Assembly: GCA_965261545.1 (NCBI GenBank)
Contig: CBDHDF010000011.1
Coordinates: forward strand, 864,001 to 928,000
DNA: 64,000 nt
Source: Bdellovibrionales bacterium
GTDB taxonomy: Bacteria; Bdellovibrionota; Bdellovibrionia; Bdellovibrionales; UBA1609
Reading direction: 5' to 3'
Under the pieces are notes generated by a model. That model searched no databases. It was not told where the DNA came from and saw only the letters and a program-made list of their open reading frames with translations. Shown here piece after piece: positions 1 to 9,102 of this stretch. Each line of letters starts with the position of its first letter. The first letter of the stretch is position 1. The translations under genes and the position numbers were made by a program.

Positions 1-1021
1 GTGAAAGGCATTGGTTCTGCGTATCGTGCACCTCTTTGTTTATTGTCTCTAAAAGAGACTTCATTTCTTTTGCCCATTTTTGATCATCTTGCTCCCAAGC
101 TCTTTGAAGCTCCCTTAAATGGTGCGCATTGCAAAGGGCATGAATGCAGGAAGTATATGTATAATAAGGTTTCCAATGGTCATGACAAACAATCCCTGTG
201 TATTTTGGAAGAATTCCCATGCGATCCATAGCCTCTGCGCCTCTTTTTTCGTCCACCTGATAGAGAACCACAGTATCATTGGACAAGAGGTGAAACCACA
301 GCCTCTTCCCATTAACATTCACTCCAGTTTCGTCAGCATGAATCAAAGGTGAGTTCAGAAGAGTTTCCTTTGCCCACTCCTCAAAAGCTTCCAGAGCCTC
401 AAAGGCAGATTTGTTAAAATTGTGTACCGTAGATCCAGCAAGCGATAGACCCCATTGATTAAAGTAACTTGCGACTCGAAGATGAGGGATTAACTGAAAC
501 TGGGACATATAAACTGAGTGAGCTTTCACAGAAGGGCCATATTGAGTTGGGTTATTGATTCCTTCTGGAAAACCTGCAACCCACTGATTCCCATCTTGGT
601 CTTCGAGGATTTCTCCTTGATACTCCGTGACATGCACAGAAAGGTCTACCTCAAATACTTGACGCTTTTCAACTCCAGAAGAAATGTAATCACCTGGAGG
701 AAGTTCCTCTTTATTAATAGAAATGAACTCCACCTTGTCTGGAGTATCCACGGGTTTTAAAGTAGCTCCTTCGTGTCCGGGTTGTCCTCCTGGCTTCTTA
801 CCAGTTTCTTCCTTAGGTTTCTTTTTAGGGCCATTCGGATCTTGAGAAGGGGCAATACTACTGTTTTGACTATTTAATTTTTTTTGATTTACTAGAATAG
901 TGATGATTTTGATCAACAACTCAATGGCCACAATAAAAGCGGGAGAAAGGGACTTCTCTTTCTTAAGAAGCTTCCTGATTTTATTTATGGCTGAAGACAC
1001 GTCAATATTTTCTATTTTCAT
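1..1021 (-). CDS. tnpC: IS66 transposase, 5' part
   Basis: Same sequence as 23470-24490; ATG at 1021. Confidence 0.9.
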   Translation of the reverse strand, partial: MKIENIDVSSAINKIRKLLKKEKSLSPAFIVAIELLIKIITILVNQKKLNSQNSSIAPSQDPNGPKKKPKEETGKKPGGQPGHEGATLKPVDTPDKVEFISINKEELPPGDYISSGVEKRQVFEVDLSVHVTEYQGEILEDQDGNQWVAGFPEGINNPTQYGPSVKAHSVYMSQFQLIPHLRVASYFNQWGLSLAGSTVHNFNKSAFEALEAFEEWAKETLLNSPLIHADETGVNVNGKRLWFHLLSNDTVVLYQVDEKRGAEAMDRMGILPKYTGIVCHDHWKPYYTYTSCIHALCNAHHLRELQRAWEQDDQKWAKEMKSLLETINKEVHDTQNQCLS

Positions 1022-1295
1022 ACTTACCTTATGAAAATATTAACATGCCTTTTTTTCATTAAAAAAAATGCACTAGGATTCGTTCTAAGAAGCAAAAGGA
1101 ATGAGAAGTGCCCCCCGCGACCTATGTTTCACAATCTTTCAATACTATGGCTCTCAGAGAGTTTAAGGCATATGCAGGAACATATTCGATAAAGAACAAA
1201 TGAAAGAGGTCGTTTGCTTCAAAAACTTGTCAAGAATTTTTATACTTTTTTTAAAAAAATTGTTCGAATTAATGCAGCACCCCCTGAATAGTTAC
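1..1295 (-). mobile_element. IS66-family element, runs off window start
   Basis: Reverse complement of 23196-24490; terminus GTAACTATTCAGGGGGTG at 1295. Confidence 0.95.
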
Positions 1296-1650
1296 GAGTC
1301 AACAAGAAGAACGTCTGAGACTCCCAGTTGTAATAATATGGCTTTGCTCCCATGAAAAGCTCCTGAGATAGCTTTATCATGAGCATTTCAACCAGTTTAC
1401 TCAGAAGCTCTTTTAATCTTTTTCTAGAGAGTCTTTCCCAGAAGCTGTGTCTTTCAATTCTTAATCCTAAATGACTTATCATAAACCTCCTAATTCCCTC
1501 TATTGAATATGTCTTAGAGTCTCCCTGGAATGACAAGACAAGAGCCACAATAAACTCAAGAGGTGGAATGGTTGCCCGAGAGTCCTTTTCAGGAATAACT
1601 TTCTTGAAACATTTTTTGATCGTTTTAAGTGTTTGAGCTTCCGTGCTCAT
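1296..1650 (-). pseudogene. IS4-like transposase N-terminal fragment
   Basis: ORF with SFWERLSRK-type IS4 N-terminal segment, cut by IS66. Confidence 0.6.
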
Positions 1651-1755
1651 ATTTGCCCCCTGCGTTTAAAAAATAAAAATTTCCTCCAATTAATCTTGAC
1701 CTATTAAGATACTAACGCGAGAATCATTAAGTCTGTAGATAACTCACTTGTATCT

Positions 1756-2220
1756 ATGCGGATTCATTGTATTCGACAGGAGCAAAAAATAGCAATGATT
1801 TTTGGACTTTTAATATTACTTTCTTTGGGATCCTTTATATCTCTTCTTATTTCCTTATTGGTATTTGGATTTGGTTATTTACTGGCACTCATCCTCCCAT
1901 TAACTCAGATGCAAGCATCTTCTTTGTTTTTTGCTTCACTCACACTTTTGGTTCTTACATGTATTTTTATGATGCTCATATCTCAATTTAAAAATCGTTA
2001 CTTTCACCAGAATCTAGGAGATATTCTTTTTGATAATTTGGATGAGGATTTGGAAGATGAAAAGCAAAAAAAAATTGTAACTGAAGATATGTCTGCATCA
2101 CAGCAGAAAAATGACCAAAGCGAAAAAATTGGAAGAAATCAATCCTGTCCATGCGGAAGTGGAAAGAAATTTAAATTCTGTTGTTCCCAAAAGTCCACAG
2201 TTCTTTCGTTACACAATTAA
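1756..2220 (+). CDS. Membrane protein with C-terminal SEC-C zinc-binding motif
   Basis: Hydrophobic N-terminal half; IGRNQSCPCGSGKKFKFCC. Confidence 0.85.
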   Translation: MRIHCIRQEQKIAMIFGLLILLSLGSFISLLISLLVFGFGYLLALILPLTQMQASSLFFASLTLLVLTCIFMMLISQFKNRYFHQNLGDILFDNLDEDLEDEKQKKIVTEDMSASQQKNDQSEKIGRNQSCPCGSGKKFKFCCSQKSTVLSLHN

Positions 2221-2396
2221 GTCTCTTAAAACACATGGCTTGTCGTGGATATCAAATGTCAATCTGCGTCCATTTCTCAAAATACCATCTATAAATATTT
2301 ATAAATCGCCCACTTCCCTCTATGTAAAAAAGGAGGCTTGAAAAGTATTTCCATTAATTCGGAATTAAAATTAGAAAAAAACCACGAACACCTATG

Positions 2397-2738
2397 TGCA
2401 AGAGCTGTATTCTTATTTTTGGCTCTTCAATTATACAAAGATTCAAATGAGCATAAATGAGGATGAAGACAGTGTGAATCAGTTGGTAAAAAATGACTAC
2501 AAAAAACCTAACTTTAAACTGATTCTTGATTTCATAATGGATAGCATCCCCCTTTTTGTTGCGGGGCTCTATCAGAAATTTAGGAAGCAGATAAAGTTGC
2601 TGATGAAGATTTCAATGGAGAAGAGGAGGCACTTCAAAAGAAGCTATGAAAGGTCTATCAAAAGGGCTGGGAGTTCTTTTAAAAGAAATAGCTTAACGCA
2701 GAGGCAGAGGGGTGTGGTGGCTTAAGGAAACGGCATTG
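2397..2738 (+). mobile_element. IS4-B 3' fragment
   Basis: Matches the 3' end of 52334-53750; ends CTTAAGGAAACGGCATTG. Confidence 0.9.
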
Positions 2739-2961
2739 GGTCCTAAGGTGACCTAGTGTCTCTTGGGTGTACTTAGGCTTTCTACCTCGTTTTGCTATGG
2801 GAAGGGTAAGTTGGCCATTCAGTAGCCTTATGGCATATTTCCGGTTATAACCACAAATAGTACAAAACTCAGTTAAAATAATTTTTTTCTCGCTTTTGGA
2901 CGATTTTTGGTAGCGCTCAAGAATAGCCATTAAATATTGCTTTTTTTGCCGAGTGGCTCAT
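2739..2961 (-). pseudogene. Integrase-core-type transposase N-terminal fragment, frameshifted and truncated
   Basis: ERYQKSSKSEKKIILTEFCTICGYNRKYAIRLL; extra A in an A-run after the ATG at 2961. Confidence 0.6.
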
Positions 2962-2997
2962 AATTCCCCCTTAATGTGTCGTTTTGGTACAACAACC

Positions 2998-3130
2998 AGT
3001 CTAGGGTAAGATATTTATGAGTCATTCGGTGATTTCCTAAAAATATCGCACCGAGCAAAGTTACCTTTATTGTGAGTCAATGCGGTTTTAATGTGATGCG
3101 TCTTGGTGTCGTTATTTTTGACCCAATTCG
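2998..3130 (-). repeat. Repeated element-end segment, also at 31154-31285; first ~45 bp also at 62074
   Basis: CGAATTGGGTCAAAAATAACGACACCAAGACGCATCACATTAAAA occurs three times. Confidence 0.85.
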
Positions 3131-3238
3131 CCGATTGAAGGAAACTTCAAACCGACTTGTCAAGATAAAAAATTAAAGGTAGGGTGAGCCCATCTTGTCA
3201 GATCGCCCTAAATGGATGGTTTTGTCCGCCCCTCCGGG
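3131..3238 (+). mobile_element. IS21-B right-end fragment
   Basis: Near identical to 21532-21661. Confidence 0.85.
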
Positions 3239-3257
3239 TAAACTTAATAGAATTCAT

Positions 3258-3334
3258 GGCGGCTGTAGCTCAGTTGGTAGAGCCCCGGATTGTGATTCCG
3301 GTTGTCGCGGGTTCAAGTCCCGTCAGTCGCCCCA
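3258..3334 (+). tRNA. tRNA-His(GTG)
   Basis: Cloverleaf, G-1, anticodon arm CCGGA-TTGTGAT-TCCGG, encoded CCA. Confidence 0.97.
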
Positions 3335-3664
3335 TATTACTCTAGTCGTCAGAATCACTTTCAAGAAAATCAACCCAAGTCATTGAAATTAAAAACTTAA
3401 TGGTTTCAATCATTTAACCATCCGGCTTCCCCTCAAAATTTCCTGAGTTTTCCCGAAATTTCTTGAAACTGCTACTTTTGGCTTCACGCTTGGCTTCACG
3501 AGTAGCAACCCACTCTTTAGCTCATATCGTAGCACTTCTTCTCCGTTATCCTATTGAATTTCTTAACAAAAATTCATAGCCCCTTGCTTGTGGAAAATGG
3601 CTATTTTGCCGCAAGCCGGTGGTTGATAAACGAGGCTCCAAACAAAAGTCTCAAGGAGGAAAAT

Positions 3665-4282
3665 GTGGGAAGTGAAGAAGTAAAAATGAATGCAGTTACT
3701 TTAAGGAAGTTGCGTGAGATTAGAGGGCTAAGTCGAAAGGAGGCGAGCGTCCTTCTTGGCATAGGGCATAAGGCCATTGAGAAGTTTGAAAATGGCCGAA
3801 CAAACCTAAAGCAAAGCCGGATTGAACAAACTCTCAGGGCCTATGGCTTCACTTATGAGGACTTTTTGTTGTGTCGTGAAGGCAAAAGTGAACAAATCCA
3901 GAAAAGGTTTTGTCACAAAAAAGAAAAGCCTCTTGATTATAAAAGAGGTAGGCGGTTTCGCACAAAAATTATCACCAAAGAGGCACGGGTGTTGAAGGTG
4001 TTGAGAATCCTGAAAAACCTTAGCCAGTATAAAGCCAGTTTTATTTGTGGTTACCACCGAAAAGCTATTGGTCATATTGAAAATGGTCGGGTTGAACTCC
4101 GTAAGGCCAGAATTGCCCACATTGTAGAGTCCTATGGGTTCACAATAGAAGATTTTCATCATTACATGGAGGCCGACATTTTAGTTACAGAAATTCAAGA
4201 CGAGTGCATATCTATTATCAAGAGCTTGTGCGAGAAGAATCTCAAAGCCGTTCACCCCTTACTGCTCAACTTTAAATCGTAA
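3665..4282 (+). CDS. Tandem double XRE helix-turn-helix protein
   Basis: Two XRE repeats (LREIRGLSRKEA..IEKFENG; LRILKNLSQYKA..IGHIENG); AAGGAGGA before GTG 3665, alternative ATG 3686. Confidence 0.85.
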   Translation: MGSEEVKMNAVTLRKLREIRGLSRKEASVLLGIGHKAIEKFENGRTNLKQSRIEQTLRAYGFTYEDFLLCREGKSEQIQKRFCHKKEKPLDYKRGRRFRTKIITKEARVLKVLRILKNLSQYKASFICGYHRKAIGHIENGRVELRKARIAHIVESYGFTIEDFHHYMEADILVTEIQDECISIIKSLCEKNLKAVHPLLLNFKS

Positions 4283-4327
4283 TTTTTAAAGACGAGCCCA
4301 TTTCTCAGAGAGAAATACCCACTTTAA

Positions 4328-4360
4328 AGAAGAAAGGGGGGCATAGCCCCCCTTTCTTCT
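4328..4360. terminator. Bidirectional terminator-like hairpin
   Basis: Perfect 15-bp stem AGAAGAAAGGGGGGC-ATA-GCCCCCCTTTCTTCT between convergent genes. Confidence 0.6.
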
Positions 4361-4565
4361 GTGTTCCGACTACTTTTGACAATATGAGTTATTTCATGGG
4401 TCCAGTGGTCGCTGATGAAAGTGGACCTCAGCATCAAATGAGAGCAGCCTCAACATTTTTTTTGCAGTCCATCGGGAGGGGGACCTTCGTCCCCCTCTCA
4501 GTTATTTTTATGGACCTCCTTAAAAAAAGCACCTTTTGTAAAACCCCTTCCGGGGAGGCTTTTTT

Positions 4566-4802
4566 CTATTCCCTGGATTGATTCATTTCCATGAGAAAGG
4601 AGACGATTTTTAATGTCTCCCCAAAACTGGCTTGAAACCTCACCTTGTACTTTCCATCATAATGCTGTGCAATAGACCCATTCTCGAACTCAACATATTT
4701 TTCTGTTCCCCAAGAGCTGGAATACCTATCTCCCATTTTTCCACCAGAAGCCTGAGCTATGGCCTCCAACTTCTTTCTCTCAAAGACCTCCTTTTCCCTC
4801 AT
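4566..4802 (-). CDS. Hypothetical protein (78 aa)
   Basis: ATG with AAAGGGAGGAG RBS; hairpin just downstream. Confidence 0.6.
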   Translation of the reverse strand: MREKEVFERKKLEAIAQASGGKMGDRYSSSWGTEKYVEFENGSIAQHYDGKYKVRFQASFGETLKIVSFLMEMNQSRE

Positions 4803-4999
4803 TCTATTCTCCTCCCTTTTGTGCTCAAAATAGTCATCTCTGTAGGCAGGTAAAAGGCGACGTTTGATATCTTTTGCAATCTTCTCAAGCGGCTTGGTGA
4901 AGGAGCAGCCAATACTATGGTGCCTTCCCGCCCCTCCGGGCCAACTCCACGACTATTGTCTTCCCATTCCAAGAGCATTGAAATGCAAACTCTAAACCA

Positions 5000-5555
5000 C
5001 TATCATTTCTTAACCTGTCTCCATTGGCTTTGTAGCCCGGAGGGAAGGTTTTGGAGGGTTACCCATATTTGGGTGGAAAATATCTTCTCAGCATTGATGG
5101 AACAGGTGCCTTTAGCTCCTCGACTATTCATTGTGAGAATTGTTGTATAAAGAATCATCGTGATGAGACGAAGACCTACTATCATCAAATGTTAGCAGGA
5201 GTGATTGTTCACCCCGATAAGAAACAGGTATACCTATTGCTCCAGAGCCCATTTCAAACACAGATGGATCGAGCAAAAATGATTGTGAGCGTAATGCAGC
5301 CAAACGACTCCTTGAAGATTTTCGCAGGGAACACCCTCACCTTCCAGTGATTGTTATTGAGGATGGATTGGCTTCCAATGCTCCTCACATCACTCTTCTT
5401 AACGAATTAAAATTAAGTTATATTTTAGGCTGTAAGATGGGGGACCACAAAGTTTTATTTGAGTTTGTAAATGGAGCAGATAGCTTAGGAACAGTTTCTC
5501 ACTTCACCGTGGTAGAGAATGGAGTGACACATGAATTTCGATTCATAAATGATGT
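5000..5555 (+). pseudogene. ISNCY-like DDE transposase internal fragment, frameshifted
   Basis: SIDGTGAFSSSTIHCENCC..YYHQML and IEDGLASNAPHI motifs; cut by IS21-A. Confidence 0.75.
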
Positions 5556-6412
5556 TGTTAGGCGCCAATTAAAATTGGCCATTTTTAGAAGCCGTCGCCA
5601 ATGAAAAACGGCCAGTTGATGATGTACTGATTTAGTTATTCTTCGTTCAGAGTTTAGTCAAGTGTCTTTATTTTGCTCATCATTTAACTCGGACTATGCC
5701 ACAAGATTCTGAGGAATGATTTTCTGCCCACCACTTTTGGCATGACCCCAAATGCATCCTTCAGCCCTATGGCAGAGGTAAATGGAGTATTTTTCAGGAT
5801 TCCTTGGCGCAGCTAATGTCTAAAGCTCCGCGAGAGTGACGAGCAAATAGTACGGTAAAAGCCAGTTATCCATAAATTTATCCATGGCGACACTGCGGCT
5901 GTGACCCCGATGTCTAGCAACGCAGTGCTGCTGTGGATAAATTTTGTGGATAACTGGCGAGTTCCTTCCCCAAAAGTGGGGATCTCTAATGAACTTCTTT
6001 GGTTGAACTTTCCTCTTTGCTCTGTTTAGACTTGGCTTTTGCCGATTCGGTTCTCCAACTTTCTTTTCCTTCAATGTTGAGGGTTTCACAGTTGTGAATA
6101 ATTCGATCAACAGCAGCAGCGGTGGTAATAGGGTTAAGAAACACCTTATCCCATTCAGAGTAAGTTAAGTTTGTAGTGATCATGAGACTTTTCCTTTCAT
6201 ATCGCTGAGATATGAATTGAAAGAAAAGATCAGCACCCTCTGTGCAGGAAGCTGTATAGCCAAGTTCATCACAAGCAATAAGATCAAAACGGTCTAATTT
6301 CTTAAAAAGAGCATTCAATGAGAGTTCTTTCTTGCTTTCACGCATTGTTTCAATAAGTTCATGAGTGGTGACCCATAAACATCGATAGCCTTGTTCACAG
6401 AGTGAACGAACT
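5556..6412 (-). mobile_element. IS21-A right-end fragment with 3' part of istB
   Basis: Near identical to 12515-13371; end TGTTAGGCGCCAATT. Confidence 0.92.
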
Positions 6413-7155
6413 GGGATCGAGTGGAACGGGGGAATTGCACCCCCGAGCCCTCACAGATCCCCGCAGGACATTCTCATGTCACGGGGCTCCTATCCTAACA
6501 ACCTACGGAGGGGCCACTCGCCAATGGACAAACAGTTGTGGCCTTGCACGGGCAAAGCTCTTACACCATTTGTAGGCTCGACGGAAGCTTCCTCTCAAGC
6601 TTTTGAGGGTTCGGCGCGCCCATCTCATGAGTGCTCCGTTGAATCTGTGAAGAACAATGTACATTGCTGAAGGGGAGAACTTACCATAGTAATTGTACCA
6701 CCCTCTAAGAATGGGATTCCACTTCTTGGCAATATCTTCCATGGAGAGATGACTGCTCAAACGCACCTTCTCCTTGCGAATTTTATCATTCATTGCTTTC
6801 TTGGCCTTATTGCTTACGGCAGGAAGGTAATTTATAAAATCCTACCCCCTATAATTCCTTGCTGGCCTCGGCTTAAAGGTGTAACCGAGAAAATCGAAGT
6901 TGACTTTCTCTCCTTTCAACCTGCGTCTTCCTGACATTTGGCAATGAATAATGTGCGTCTTCTTTGGGTGAATTTCCAACCCCACTTCGCAGAGCCTTTC
7001 CTCCAATGCCCGTCTCATTTGGCTGGCTTCCTTCTTTGTGCGGCAGTGAATGACAGCGTCATCTGCGTACCGTACAAATGGGGATTCAGGATGATTCCTG
7101 GCCATCCATATATCGAAGGCATAGTGGAGAAATAGATTACTTAGCAGGGGTGAAG

Positions 7156-9100
7156 CAACTCCCCGGACACAATAGACAACTTTTCCATTGAAATTTCCAT
7201 AAATATATATAATCATTCACTTTATGCAATTGGTCGTAAATATGCTCGCTATCGTTGGCATCCACCTGAGGATTCTTCCCATTTAGCTTCGAACCATAGT
7301 CAAAGGAATGATAATGGCCCACCAAACAAAACATCAAAATCCATGGACAGCTCAGTTAAAAAGTGTCTATCAAAGCGACCAAGCCACACGGGTTCAACAG
7401 ACATACGAAGTTGTTGTTCCAAAAATAAAGAAACAATTAAAGCAGAAAGTAAAACAACAGAAAATAATGGAGGTTAAAAATGGAAACATCAGTAGCTCTT
7501 TATTGTCGAGTGTCCTCAGATAAACAAGCTCAAGAGGGAACCATTGATTCACAGATTTCTAGTCTTCACGATTTCGCTAAGGAACACAGCTTTTGTGTAG
7601 AGGAGGATCTTATATTTACGGATAATGGTGTGAGTGGTGCCACCCTTGTTCGTCCTGCTTTAGACTCCCTTCGCGACAAAGCTTTTTCTGGGGAGGTTAC
7701 AAAGGTACTTGTGTTATGTCCAGACAGATTAGCTCGTAAATATGCCCATCAATTGATTCTAATTGAAGAATTTCAGAGGCTAGGTGTTGAAATTATTTTT
7801 TCTAATAGAGATATTACAAATTCACCCGAAGATCAGCTTTTGCTACAAATACAAGGAGTCATTTCAGAATATGAAAGAGAAAAAATTATGGAAAGAAGTC
7901 GAAGGGGTAAACTTCAAAAGGCTTCTAAGGGCTTTGTTAGCGTTTTATGTGGAGCTCCCTATGGTTATATATATATTCCGAAAGCAGACTCCGCTGACGC
8001 ACGATATGAGGTCCATCCAGAAGAGTCTAAAGTTGTTAAAGATGTTTTTCAAATGTATTGCCGAAACAAACTAAGTATTGGAGCAATTGCAAAGGAATTA
8101 AATATAAGGGGGGTGCCTACTAAAAAACAACAAGGTATTTGGGAGCGTTCAACTGTTTGGTGTATGCTTAAAAACCCCGCTTATTATGGACAAGCTGCTT
8201 TTAGAAAGACTATCCAGGTAGAAAGGTTGCGTCCAACCAAGTTAGCAAGAGACAATAATTTTTATCCAAAAAATCCTAAATCAAGCTCTTCCGATCGAAA
8301 TAAAAAGGATTGGATATATATTCCCGTTCCATCTATAATTTCTTCAAAAACTTTTCAAGATGCATCCAGTCAATTGGAAACTAACAAAAAACTTTCCCCT
8401 CGGAATAATAAAAAATATGAGTATTTGTTAAGTGGTCTTTTACGATGCAAAGAGTGTGGTTATTCGATCTATGGCAAACCCGCTTCTAATTCAAGGTATA
8501 AGCGTTGTTATTATCGCTGTATGGGACAAGATGGTCATAGATGGCCAGCTAAAGGTAGAGTTTGCTCATCTCATCCCGTAAGAGTTGAAGTTTTAGATGA
8601 CTTAGTTTGGGAACAAACAGTTAAATTACTTGAAAATCCTCAGGCAGTTATAGATGAGTATACAAATAGAATTCATGAGCAAAAAGGCCAACAACAATCA
8701 TTGGAAAAATTAATTGCAAAAAAGGCTCAGGAGATTCGTCAAATAACACATGAAAAGGAACGTCTCTTGGATCTTTATCAAAATGGAACTCTAAATCTAT
8801 CAGAAATAGAGTCACGATTAAAAAAAATAAGAGGCAAAATAAAGCAACTTGAAAATGAAAAGCAATCTTTAGAGTATGAGCAAAGGCAAGAAGGACAACA
8901 ATTACAGCTTGTAGATCAACTCCAAGAATTCCAAAAAAAAGTGAGTGCCAACTTAAAGGTATTGAGTTTTGAGCAAAAAAAGGAGATTGTAAGGCTACTG
9001 GTAAAGGAGGTTGAGGTGAACATTAAGACAAGTGAAATTGTGGTTCGACACGTTGTGCCAACATCCAAAAGTTTGCCATTGTGTCCGGGGAGTCACAACT
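7156..9100 (+). mobile_element. Minimal serine-recombinase element 1
   Basis: CAACT core at 7156-7160 and 9096-9100; 16-bp perfect inverted repeat at 7158-7173 and 9078-9093; removal restores GTPQGSVASPLL. Confidence 0.92.
7308..7523 (+). CDS. Small protein overlapping the LSR start (possible accessory factor)
   Basis: AAAGGA RBS; overlaps recombinase ATG. Confidence 0.55.
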   Translation: MIMAHQTKHQNPWTAQLKSVYQSDQATRVQQTYEVVVPKIKKQLKQKVKQQKIMEVKNGNISSSLLSSVLR

Positions 9101-9102
9101 GA
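7480..9102 (+). CDS. Large serine recombinase
   Basis: YCRVSS catalytic motif, DRLAR, recombinase domain, LSGLLRCKECG zinc ribbon, coiled coil. Confidence 0.95.
   Translation: METSVALYCRVSSDKQAQEGTIDSQISSLHDFAKEHSFCVEEDLIFTDNGVSGATLVRPALDSLRDKAFSGEVTKVLVLCPDRLARKYAHQLILIEEFQRLGVEIIFSNRDITNSPEDQLLLQIQGVISEYEREKIMERSRRGKLQKASKGFVSVLCGAPYGYIYIPKADSADARYEVHPEESKVVKDVFQMYCRNKLSIGAIAKELNIRGVPTKKQQGIWERSTVWCMLKNPAYYGQAAFRKTIQVERLRPTKLARDNNFYPKNPKSSSSDRNKKDWIYIPVPSIISSKTFQDASSQLETNKKLSPRNNKKYEYLLSGLLRCKECGYSIYGKPASNSRYKRCYYRCMGQDGHRWPAKGRVCSSHPVRVEVLDDLVWEQTVKLLENPQAVIDEYTNRIHEQKGQQQSLEKLIAKKAQEIRQITHEKERLLDLYQNGTLNLSEIESRLKKIRGKIKQLENEKQSLEYEQRQEGQQLQLVDQLQEFQKKVSANLKVLSFEQKKEIVRLLVKEVEVNIKTSEIVVRHVVPTSKSLPLCPGSHN

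Larger units (their letters stand above)
1296..2396 (-). mobile_element. IS4-like element (type A), left part, interrupted by IS66
   Basis: Transposase N-terminus 1296-1650; putative end CATAGGTGTTCGTGG at 2396 abuts the breakpoint in an IS4-B copy. Confidence 0.6.

Noticed and set aside
3222..3253. Hybrid IS-derived promoter for tRNA-His
   Set aside because: Spacing between TTGTCC and TAGAAT is about 20 nt, which is too long
5820..6110. Repeated 96-aa ORF (MIELFTT...) and the ORFs at 56851-57291
   Set aside because: They overlap istB ends and the palindrome, have no recognisable domain, and recur only because the IS is multicopy
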